Origin: Klebsormidium nitens
Taxonomy: Eukaryota; Plantae; Klebsormidiophyceae
DNA length: 64,000 nucleotides
Reading direction: 5' to 3'
NCBI GenBank assembly: GCA_000708835.1
Contig: DF237060.1
Coordinates: 62,001 to 126,000, forward strand
The translations under genes were made by a program, and so were the position numbers. Positions within the stretch are counted from its first letter, which is position 1; every line of letters begins with the position of its first letter. Shown here piece after piece: positions 1 to 11,200 of the stretch. The notes below the pieces were generated by a model, which was not told the DNA's origin, did no database searches, and was given only the letters and a program-made list of their open reading frames with translations.

Positions 1-2599
1 CGGTACGTCCCGTTAAACCACCACCCAAGGTATAAATACTCCTGGTTACCAGGAGTGCTCATAATCAAGTTTGCAACTTGAAATTCGCGACGGGCGCACA
101 CTGGACGCACACATACAAGGGGGTACCTTTCCTACATTAAAACAGGCCGTTTCTTCACGAATTGAGCGGCGGTTTCGATCTGGCCTTGCTGGAACTACTG
201 AAAGAGAGCTTTAGAAAGCAAAACCGCCGAAAACCATGGAGTAATGCTTCAGTTTTTTGGATCTATAAGGTCAAAAATGCATGACTTGGAAGCGAGCGCC
301 TTCGGACCGAAATTTGAATTCCGTTGGCCGTTGGCGCGAATGCCAGCCGGTTTGCCTCGAGTTATACCCGGGGTGGTGGTTTAAAGTTGAGCACAGCGGC
401 AGTCGGCCCCGAGCATCGGAAGCGCCCCGCGCTCCGTGCATTTCGGACCGCCCACCTCCTCGGGCCGATCGTGTCATGAGGACAGTACGTCACGACACGC
501 GACTCGGGCCTGGCGCAGAAGCTGATTTGGTACTAACGGCCTACGATCCTTCTGCAACCAAGGGAGTGCGCCGGAAACACTACGCAACATTGCTCCACTG
601 ATTTGGCAGTGGGCACTGAGTCACTATGTAAGACTTACGTCAATTGATGGAGGGGCTCGCAAAAACCAGCTATCTTCGATTCTGATAGGCCTTTCACCCC
701 TAGCCGCAGGCCAAGAAAGGGGACATATCCGACTGGCTATAAGCCATATGCAGTCGTAGCTGGCCGTGGGTAGCTGTTGAGTATACTGCGCATTGCTCGC
801 GCGGTATCGACATTTCTGTGTCGAACTGCATGCAGAACGGAACGCTCCAACGTAATTCGAAAAAATGTCAGCTGGCTGACCAAGTGGAGTCGCTAGACAG
901 GCTGCAGCGCTGCGAACAGCTACAACGTACTTCTATGTACGGTTAGTAACTAGCTGTACGCACAGTTCGGACTCGCCGGGTGCTTACCAGCTTTTTGCTC
1001 TGGTCGTGCTCTTGATTTAAACTGCTCGTAGAATACCAGCATCCGTGAAAGAGTACTGGGGCGCCCGCCTGTGTGAATGTGCGGCCGAACCCTACGTCGA
1101 ATCTGGTCCCTGAGCCCAGCGCCGTTGCGGGTGCGAGGCGGGCGCAGAACGGGCGCGTGGGCGGTAATTCACAATGTTGTCAGTGAGTATCCTCTGGTGT
1201 GCCGTACCCGGAAATCGTCGGGCGACGTTGCTGGTCTGCGTCGGCGCCCTAAACTAACATATCCTTTATGGGCACGTTTGTTGGCTGATGAGAACTCAAT
1301 GCAGTGTGCTGATCGAGACACGTTGAACTCAGCCGAGTTCGCTTCATGAGAAGTAATTGGTTCTCAGACAGTACTCGAAGCGGACTCAAAGCATAAATTT
1401 TGCCTTTACCACGTCCGACAAGCGCCTAGCAGATTAGCGTCCGAAGTGGCGGGAGGCACCTTATATATAGGGAGCAACCTCACAAAGCTAAAATGATACC
1501 AGATTTGCAAGGAAAAACGGAAGATCTGCGATGTCTCACCGTCTCGTGAAGCCCTAAATTGGTGTCACACGTTGGACAGGTTGATATGATCCTGGATCAC
1601 GGTCGATTTCTGCTATAGATGTTGTGTCCAAAGCAATATGCCACCGAGAGTAGCTCACTCGGCTCACAGCATAGTAGTGCGAGTTCAAAAGACATGCCAG
1701 TATGTCATTGATGCAATGAATTGTGAAAGAGTGGAGGTCTGAGTCCCTCGGATTCCTAGATGCTGTTTCGATCGGGGTCACAGCACGGCGGCCAGACCTT
1801 TCTCACATCGAAGTCGAACATCTTGATGTCGAGATGCGAACGCTCTCTGCTATTCCCGTTTCTCCGAAGCGAGTGACGTATTGTCTTTAGTGTGCTCCTT
1901 CACAGTCAAGCAGGAGGCTAGCTTACGACGGTGGACGGTAATTCGTAAACAGGCCAAGCTTCTTTGAGTGCATCCAGACCATGGCGATGCAGATGTGAAA
2001 ACATAGAAAACAAACGCAACACCTCGTGGTCGAGAACAGACGCCCAGAACGAGAGCGGCTTGTCTCGGGTCTCAATCGACTTTGTGCCAGGCTTGCTCGT
2101 CGGAAGGTAGCTTGCGAATAAGTTGAGCTGTCAACCGTCGTAGCGCCTGGCGCCTCGCTCTTACTCAATCGTAGCCTCGATACAAAACCATCCCCCACGG
2201 CGAACTTCTCCTTTTGATCCGATTGAAAAAGGTCTTCCTCACCCGTGGCTGTTGCCATCCTGTGCAGCATACAGTATCCGGATCACAGTGGGTTGTATTT
2301 CTGATTGGCAGCTCCGCGCGCCCCTTCAATTGTTAACGGAGTTCCGCATCTCGCCCGCGCTCAGAACTGTTTTTCTCTTCTGTAGGTGCGCTCGCCCGCT
2401 ACAGGGCTTGTTGGAAGCGCGCGAGCGCGCCCCAGGCACTTAGAAATACAGGGCAAGCACACGAAGGCGCGCAGACGTTGGCCATTGAGTTAAAACCAGA
2501 AAACCACCTGCCACATCTCAGCAAGTAAGCGCGCTCACTGGCCGCAATGGGCTGCGGTTCACTTGAGTTCTAAGCGCACACGTCTCACTGGAAAGCTTG

Positions 2600-3600
2600 C
2601 CAGGCAGACCAGTTCGAGCTGTGTCAACAAGGATTCTGGATCTCGGTCAGGATTGTGGGTTTTGCAAACTTTTGCCCCCGGAACAGAACCTTGATCGTGC
2701 ATCAAAGTTTACAAGATAAGGTCATAAGGTGCACTAGTCCCGGCTCTTCTGATAGAACCATGTCACGTTCAAGCAAGCCAACGCCGGCCATATCTTCTTT
2801 ATCACCATCACCTGTAGCGCATTTCTACTTTGGAAAGCAGACTTTTGAGTGTGTCTCCTTGTTCGTCTCCAGCCATTAAGAGCAATGGTACTCGCAATCA
2901 TCAGATATTTTCAAATCAGAGAGCCCACTGTCATACGGGACACTGTTGTGCTAACCTAATGTCAACCTGTCTCTCGCCTCTTTCTTGCGATTGGCTGATC
3001 CTGGATCAGCGTTCATCGAAGTCTAGGTGCCAGAGCACTCCGGGAGGGGGTCACCCTCGTACGCCAAGGTTTCGTTTAATCTCTAGGAGGCGCCAACACT
3101 GGGTCAGACAAGTCCCGGACGGCAGCCGACACCGATTCCTGTACGCCGCACGTCCTTGCATACTTGAAAAAGAAGGGTCAGCCTTGCGAAATGAGGGAGA
3201 GCGAACGTGGCAGCTGACACTCGCTAATTTTGTTTGCCGGAGTTCGCCGCAGATTCGCTTCCGTTTTTGATACGAAACGGCTTGTGAGTCGTAGCATTGG
3301 CTTCGATCAACAGTGTCAAAGTTCTGTCCCTCTCTTCTGGCTGGTGGCCCTCTTTCAGAGCCTTGCAAAATTGCAAGGCGTGGCCCCTCAACCCAGATGC
3401 GAATGGATCATTCTTTCCGGTAACGGGCTTCATATCATGCGGTTTCTGAATCTTCCTCTCTACAGGTGCATTCTCCATCAGATCCGCTGTCCATTCTTTG
3501 AACGAACTAGAGCCATGTCAAGAATGCACGCAATCCACGTTTCAACCCCTGAGATCATGACTCCAGGAGTGCTCGTCCATCCAATCTGAATTGGGCCCCC
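2600..3600 (-). mobile_element. Possible degenerate Ty3/gypsy-like retroelement fragment (gag to protease region)
   Basis: Broken minus-strand frames read SSFKEWTADLMENAPVERK (gag-like), then a frameshifted zinc-knuckle-like stretch (CHVR..P / HFAR) and an IKVLF..G stretch resembling the protease motif. Many stops. Pattern recognition only. Confidence 0.3.
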
Positions 3601-3949
3601 GAGAAAAGCGGCCTCGCAGGCCTTAGTTCCTGTAATCTGAGAAGACACATCAAACGGCACACGCGCTTAGAGCATCTGTAGAGTTAGAGCTTCTTGCACA
3701 TTTCTGCAGTCCGGTTGCCAGATCATGTATCGTGGTGACTGCAGGCAGTGTGGGGCCGTTTCTGCCGACGACAATTTTGACGAATGCGTGTGAAGCATCA
3801 CATTCAAGATGGTAATTTATGTCGTGACGTTTCGATTACAGATATGTAAGTCAGTGCATGCAGTCGCCCGGCGATCGCGGCTTGCAGCCAGATTCTAGGA
3901 TTGAACACGAGAAAGAGCTGACGTCGGAAATATTAGGTCAACATCTAGT

Positions 3950-5100
3950 GAGTAGACCAGGTCCCATTAGTATGAATCTTCCAAGGCACAGGAAGGATCA
4001 ATCCAGAAAGCTAGTCACTGGCTCGAGCTAGTCCAGCTGCATGCAAAGTCCTCAAAACACAGGACAACATGTGGGCTTGTCTACCGCAAAACCTCAGCAT
4101 GTGGATCGGCCTCTCAAATCTTGAGGAAGTCAACTGTTCAGATTGAGTCCATTCATGCCAGCAGATGGGATCTGTAGATTCTTAAATGTACAGTTGAGTT
4201 CTGCTCGATCCACCAATTCACGAAACACAACCAGACGAGAGAGGTCTCAGACGTCTTCTTAGATAGAAAGAGTCATGCAGCTAACTCGCATCTTATCATT
4301 CTTCTAACGTCAGACTCTGCACTTTGTAACTAAGTGCATAATGATCGTTAGCTTGAACCTAACCCGTTATCAGTCCTATCAAGTCTTCTGACATCCACGC
4401 ACAGTAGTATCGTCAGTGTTTGCTCGCAGAAGTCAGAAAGCAGGAACCAGTGTGAGCCTCGACAGAAAGCCTGTGATGGCTTTACGAACATATCTAAGCT
4501 CTGATTCCCATATTATACAGTGGCGAGCTAGTCTACAAGATGGTGGACTAAATGCCGTGAAGTAAGCAGTATTGCCACAGATGACGGTACCCGGGCGCGA
4601 CTATGATTGGAGCTGTCAGTCCTATCTGGGTCCAGGGGCTCCATTCTCATAAGCAGTTTCCAGCACCTGCATGAAAGAGGGCAGACTACATAAGCACGCT
4701 AGGCATACAGCAGCCCAGGAAGAGAAAGTAACTTGCAGCCTTCAGACTTGGCGAACTTGAGGAGATCTAGTCATTTGTCCTGTGAGGAAGCTCGCTGACT
4801 CTGAGTCAGCAAACATATCTGAAGGTTCTAAGGTATATAGGTAATATTTGCACGCGAAGTCAAAATGCAGAGCATATTCAAGTTATAGTGTCCATATCAG
4901 AATGGCAGAAAACTAGAGCAGCCAAGCTGTAAGTGACCCCGAATTGCTGAATGTACATCCTCCTTCAACCAAAAGCAACTTCGCAGGTTGCCTCAGTAGG
5001 TTGATATTCAGTCGGGTCAGTCGCTGATTGGAGCACATCAATCTTATGGCAGCACCCCAATACAACAGATGCCAAGAGTAGACTCAGCAGGTTACGCATT
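3950..5100 (+). mobile_element. Degenerate Ty1/copia retrotransposon pol remnant
   Basis: Near 4740-4840 the plus strand reads LGELEEI*SFVL*GSSLTLSQQTYLKVLRYIG, resembling copia RT DLGEL..FLG.EI....LSQ..Y. Upstream, WLELVQLH resembles integrase PLELVHSD. Order integrase then RT is copia-like. Heavily mutated. Confidence 0.45.
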
Positions 5101-5103
5101 TGC

Positions 5104-5430
5104 TGACAGCCGCAAATAGACAGCTGGCTGTGACAGCTGACAAGCATCCTCGATCCAGCTGTCATATTTCCCTGCCATCTTCGCATATGTACATCGTCCC
5201 CAAATCAGGCACCTGTCTCAAATCAGGCTCGCCATTGGTCCAGATACCAACTTTGCTCGGGGGTACCTTTGCTGGGTTCTGGACTTCCACCTTTTCGGCA
5301 AAACTTTTCTGAGAAGGATGACAGCTGTCAAAGCAGCATGACAGCTTTCGGAAGGCATGACAGCTGTCATTATAAGAAGATCGGAGGCTCACTTTGATGG
5401 GCAGCTTGATGGAGCCGGGTCTTGACAGCT
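5104..5430. repeat. Cluster of about 8 TGACAGCT(GTCA) motifs, partly palindromic
   Basis: Copies near 5104, 5119, 5131, 5156 (inverted), 5319, 5339, 5358 and 5423. The full palindrome TGACAGCTGTCA occurs at 5319 and 5358. Confidence 0.75.
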
Positions 5431-5479
5431 TGCGGGACAGCAGGTTGCGGGAGATGGGGGACACCATGGAGTCGGTCGG

Positions 5480-6000
5480 GCTCTTGTACGATTGCCTGCA
5501 GCAGCGAGGGATCCCTGTTAATAAAGTCAAGGTGTAAATGTGGCCCCAAGCTCAGTCCTGTGTTGAATACCATTAGTCTTCACAATCTGACATCAGCTAG
5601 GGCCAGGATGAAGTTCCTACTTGACAGAGCCGGCCGACGGGGTGGTCACCAATAAGAGTTCTGGAGAAGAGCAGGCCCCGGCTGGGCAAGGCAAATGCGA
5701 ATGTCCAGACTAAGTGCAGTCTGAACAATGAATAGCTGCCCCCAAGTCCAACACTGAGAAGCAGGGTGCCTGGCACGGTAGCATTTTCCTCATGCATGGT
5801 TTGGGTGGTTTGTAGGAGCCTAAAATTTTCAGAGATACGTGATCAATGCAGCATCTGGGCTTCTAGCAGTTAAGTGCAACCCTGTTTTCAGCTGCTTTTG
5901 TGCGAATCTCTGTTCCAAAGACCAGCATATAAGTGTGCACTTGCTGCCAGCAAATTTCTGCTCTCCCAGCAGCATCGTAGAACCCAGGCAATGCACAGCC
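5480..6000 (-). mobile_element. Possible hAT transposase C-terminal (dimerisation domain) remnant
   Basis: A minus frame reads PASQCWTWGQL...LDIRICLAQPGPALLQNSYW*...RL*RLMVFN, resembling the hAT pattern P..WW..G..L...RIL.QP.S....W...RL..LV..N. It lies next to the motif cluster at 5104-5430. Confidence 0.35.
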
Positions 6001-7869
6001 GATAACAGCACCAAAGAGGCATCAAACCTTCAAACATGCAAGTGTGGTCCCTGGAGTTTGTGCACTCACTGCCTAGCCAACTTGGCTGCATTCTCCTTGC
6101 TCTGCATTGCGGTCGGGGCTGGCGGGGACGTGTCCATTGGCGCCTCATTCTCCTTGTGAGCCTCTTCCTGCTGCGCCAGGCAGCTGCGGCTGCGGGTAAG
6201 GCGGCCCATTGACTGCTTCATTGTGTCCCGTCTCTAGTTACTCCCGCTCCTGCCTTTGATTCTGCAATGCGATTCTGCGCGGACAATGACTTTTCTGCTT
6301 ACACCCGCACCTTCGACAATGCTGACTGAAAATGTTCTTCAGAAGATAAGGACGAAGGACTGGCCAGGAACAGGACTGAGTGCAACGAGCAGATCCCTCC
6401 TGCTGGAAGCATCAATGCGTGCTGGCACGCCCCCAGAAATGTCGTCTGACCCGCTGAATCGTTCTGTCCTTCAGCTTTTCAGGTCTGCGGGGGGCAGCAA
6501 AGAGTGCTTCTGTAGCAGAGGAACAACAGCAGAAATGGAGCGCAGCTTGTGTCAGAATGAGGACAAGAAGTTTGCCTCTTCGACTTCCCCTAATCGACCA
6601 CGTCCCAGCCACAGCACAGCCCCAGACTCGAGCCGCAAGAGCTGGCTAGGGTTTGCCACCTGTACTTTTGGGCAGTCGGGTTGCTCGTTGGGACAACGGC
6701 CACGGCGATGAGCAACGACAATAGCCGTCGATGAAATGTCAAGAAGCTTCGAGCAGCGTCGATACGATGGAAGCTGTTGCGTAGGCCAACGGCTCCAGAA
6801 CTCCGAAATTGGAGGAGGTATTGTAGGTAGATGGGCCAGCCGGATTTCTCGTTTGAACAACGTTGGTCAAGACTCGAGACAGAAGAAACCAGGGCAGAGA
6901 AGAAAGAACACAGTCTTGCACTGCATGCAGCAGCATTGCAAGCATGCTCTAATCCAATCCAAGCCACAACATTGAAACAGGAATATTGAACACAGAAAGA
7001 GATGAATTATGGCCACAGAACCTGGCTGGCTTTTCATTGAAGGCTTCAAAGAGTTGCAGATAGCAACATTGCTGAGCTGAAGAGTAGACCACAGACGCGC
7101 AAAGCAGGAACAGAGGGCAATCAGCAAAGGACACTGCACTATCAAAGCTGTGGTCACAATAGTTCTTCCAAGTGCAGCTGGAAAATGACAATGGATCCGC
7201 TGCGGCAATCCATCGACTTGAGCAGACTTGTCATAGCAAAGGTAAGCCGTGGACTAGTTACTCTTATCAAGCAGCTGGAACAGGAGTGAAACTATTTGTC
7301 TTTCTTTCCTTTGTTATTTGGGGTAGTCCACATGCTTCATGTCATTCTCTGATTGGGTGGCCCAATTGTGAAGACCCGTACTTCTCTGCCTGAGTTCCGC
7401 AAGATGTGCAGCAGGTTAGCACACGTATTGAAACTGATTGGCCACTTGAACCAACATCGCCGGATATATGTGATTGATGAACAGCTTGTCACTGTTGAAT
7501 AAAGCTCATTTGAGTTGGCTGGAGCTGTAGAGCTGTTACAAGTGGATGCGTTTCATGTATCAGATTATGCAGAGCACTGAAAAGGATTCACATGGGCTTG
7601 TATGTTTCAGAAAACTTTAGACCCCGTCAAACGATTGATCTGAAGACCATGCCAAGTGCTCTAAGTTGTGAAGTCTAACTTGGTCAACTGGTATTGTTCA
7701 GCATGAAATGGTAGTTGAGACAAACTGCAGAGGGGTAACATTCCGCGGTTTTCATTGTACTGCCGTGCTGTGAACTTTGATGCCGTTATGCCAGCTTATA
7801 GACTTTCTTCTATTTCAGCTTCTTTCTTTCAAATTTGCCAGAGTGACGGTGACAAACTTGGAGGAGGAG

Positions 7870-7952
7870 GCTGGGCCTCCTCCTTACACTCCTAAGTGGT
7901 GTAAGGAGGAGGCCCAGCATGGAAGCATGCTGGGCCTCCTCCTTACACCACT
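7870..7952. repeat. Perfect 27-bp hairpin (4-nt loop) plus a third partial arm
   Basis: 7895-7921 AGTGGTGTAAGGAGGAGGCCCAGCATG, loop GAAG, 7926-7952 exact reverse complement. A further 20-nt copy GCTGGGCCTCCTCCTTACAC lies at 7870-7889. Confidence 0.95.
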
Positions 7953-8276
7953 AACAGATGTCGTCCCCAGTAACAGCTCGCAACTTCCTCAAAACTTTTT
8001 GGCTTCCCCCTCCAGGAGTTCCTTTCATCCCCAGCCAAGGCTCCAGTCAAAAGGAGCCCTCACGCTCCTCCCCCCCAAGACAAGAGTACCACGGATCATG
8101 CGCACAGAATTCCTACTGGGGGGCACCTTGCGAACTCCAAACCTGAGCTTCTACACCCCCCATCAGATGCTGAGCCGCCCAGCCCACAACCGGGGGGGTG
8201 GCCCCTCAGACTGAGCAACATAGCAAACCGACTGACCCCCAGCCCAATCAAGAAGCGAGGGGGATACCCCCAGTCT

Positions 8277-11200
8277 GTGGAACAGTCTCCAGAATCTGCC
8301 TCCCCCAGTCTTTCTACGTTTCTTCAAGAAAGTCCCGCACTGTTTAGTGAGCCGAGGGAAGCCGCTAGGCGGCTAGAGGGGGGCAATGAAACAGTGGACG
8401 TCCAGGGGGGGGTCCGAGGAAGCGTAACGAGGGCACTTCGTTTTGGGGGGGCTGACGCTGCGTCATCCGAGATTGCCCCCGTCCCACGCAAAGAAGCGAG
8501 TGGGCTGGAATCTGAACGGCTCACCTCGACGGCTGTTGACTCTGTATGCCGGGAGCGAACGCAGGGGGATGAAAGGGGCCCGCAGGGGGAACCAATCAAC
8601 TTGACACCGCTTGCAGAGAAGCAGACGCACCCCGGCCAGCCTGAAGAGGCTTGTGTCAATAGAGCAGCTGACACTAGGTTTGTCAAAAGTGGCCTGCTGC
8701 CGGCTCCCCCGAAGCGGACCCCCCCGCTCCTCAGGAAGACCCGCACCCGGAACCCGTTCACATTGGGAGCAAACCAGCCTCAGCCAGTTGGTGTGAATAA
8801 GCACAAAACGCCGGTGGGCTGGGTGGGTTTTGATGAGACCCGAGCAGAGAACGATGAGAACCGGCAGCAGGCTTGGGCTTTGGGCGTCCGGAATGTTACC
8901 GGACTTCAGATCCGGACTGTGGTTCGGACGGGAGAAGCAGGCGGCTCACCAGGTAAGTTGCCGCCAAAAACGGTTCAGTGCTTTCGCACCATGGATTCTG
9001 GGTTTCAATCGCAGCTTGTGCTGAACTTTATGAAAGGAATTGGATTTGGCTCAGAGTCAGTTAGCCACCAGTCTGCACAGTCAGGAGATACATGAAGGTC
9101 CTGTATTCTGCGTCCATTGCATGTCTTGACCCCGACAGAGAAGACTAGGTCAGCTTGTGGTGACACGCTATCACACATACAGTGTAATCATACTTTCTCA
9201 GAGGGAAGCTTATTTCCAAGTGTTGCAAAATGTGTAGAACTGCCTGCAGGAACGGCGAAGTCGCCTCTGGGGTGCTTCGGAGGTGCGCGGCTGGAAGTGT
9301 CCAAACGGAGCCCAATCAAGAGCAAGGCAGTCTTGAGAAGCCCACTGGGAGGGCGTGACGTCAGCGATGCTCAAGAGGGGAGCACCAGACTGGCGGGCCC
9401 GACTAGGGAGCCCTTTCAACAGGTGTCGGAGAATGCGGTTTCCAAAGGTGAGGGTTAGCACGACCTTGGAGGCTTTGCTGCGGTATGAGAGTCCAATAAA
9501 CCGGGTTGGTTTTTCAAATTTTAGGCAGTATCCAATGACAAACCTGGTATCCCTTTGATCTTATATGGAGCTCGACCCCTTTGCTCAGACGACTTCCATG
9601 GCTGAGTCGAGGGCAGATGGATTTGTTTCAATCTTGCCAGCGCTTTTGCTGTACTGGCACCAATTGGCTTGCTTTCATGAACCGAGACACTACTTTCACA
9701 TGCTCAGATGCTGATCCTTGTGATACTTGACGTTCAGGGGACATGGCGGTCAAGGGAAAGGTTCGATTTGAGGAAGAGAGTCCTAAGGTACGTACCTTCA
9801 ATTCGTGGCCTTGTTATAATCAAACCTGATCCGGGTGAGATTTCTGCTGACTAGTTGCTTGCGTGATCTTATACGAAGCTTCTGATTTCATCCCGCTTCA
9901 TTAGCCTAGACAGCCTTCCAAATGCATTGTCGGAGCGGGCCACGATGCTTTGGCTTGATCATTCACAACGTGAAACTTTTATCGATTCTGGCTGCTTCAA
10001 CGCGAGTAGCACCAACGCCTGAGGAGATGCCAAATGAACCAACGAACCGTCATGCACTAGCTCTTCTCCAGCTCTGCCCGTCACTCTTTTCCTCGTCCTC
10101 TCTCAAGACCAGAGAAAACTGCCAATTACTCTTTTCTTCTCCCTCTCTTGACACCGGATTCCAGCCGCCCCGCCGGAGCTTCACAGCCGCACAAAAGGCC
10201 TCTCGCCCAATAATTGCCTTAGGCTGCTTGAAACCTCTCTGTTTTCATCTCCCGGAATGCAACAATTGACCGATTTCCCTCCCCCTTTCGCAGAAGCTCC
10301 GGTCCCCTGGCAAGCCCTTCACACTCGGCCGGCCGTCCCCCCTCGGCAAGGGCTGCTTCCCCTCTCCGACGAAGCCGCTAACATCAGCGTTGACGTCACC
10401 ATCGGAGTCAGTGGGCCAGGCACCCCCCCACGAGGCACCCTGCGTGCTCCACGTGTCAACCTCAGGAGAGCTGCCGCCGGCCGAGCTGAAAATGCGTCCG
10501 AACAGTCACCCGGAAAGTGACGAACTGTTTGCTCAGACGAGCGTGAAAACAACCGGTCGCTCAGAGACTCCAAGCACAGAGCCGGTTGGAACTGCCGGAA
10601 AGACAGAGGTTGATGGCGGTGGGAATGTATCGCCGAAGTCTGGGCCCCATCTCGAGGACTCTGAGTTCAGGGCCGGGCTGGCGGCCCTGAGGAAGCTGAA
10701 ACTGGAGTCAGAACAGGGCCTCATAACCGGTTCAAGTGAATTGGCGGGCGAAGTGCCGCCCTGGGAGCGTAGGCGGTCAGTTAGCGGATCTCTGACCGGT
10801 TCTTTTGACACTGGAGACGAGAAACTGAGTGGGGCAGTCGACAAGGAATCGAAAGTGCCAGTTGGGGACGGCGGGAAAGAGGAGAACGTGGTGAAGGTCG
10901 GAGGGAAGGGGAAGTGGGGTTTCGGGTTTGGGCGGTCTGGGAAGAAGAGTGTAAGTGCGCCGGCGCTGCAGGAAGAGGACGTGGGTTTCGGAGCTCTGGT
11001 CAAGAAGGGAGCGGAACAGGTGAACGGAAAGGACGGAAGCTACGAAGCTGGACGGGGAGTTTCGCGAATTGAGAAGGAAGGAGAGTCTTTGAGATTGCAA
11101 GCAAGGGACGATACGGACAGAAGGGAGTGCGGAGACGAGACAGAGATCGGGAAGCAAAGGGGAGCAGAGAAAGGCGCAGATGCCAAATCCAAGAGGAAGA

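Noticed and set aside
38-56. Short perfect palindromes (38-56; also near 47349-47365) and 20-24 bp tandem duplications (45213-45252, 48066-48113)
   Set aside because: Real but short, with no supporting context for function.
1-2600. Short ORFs at the window start, one with a faint integrase-like stretch (RRFPGTAHQRILTDN, minus strand near 1150-1230)
   Set aside because: Too degenerate to call. No coherent splice or domain structure.
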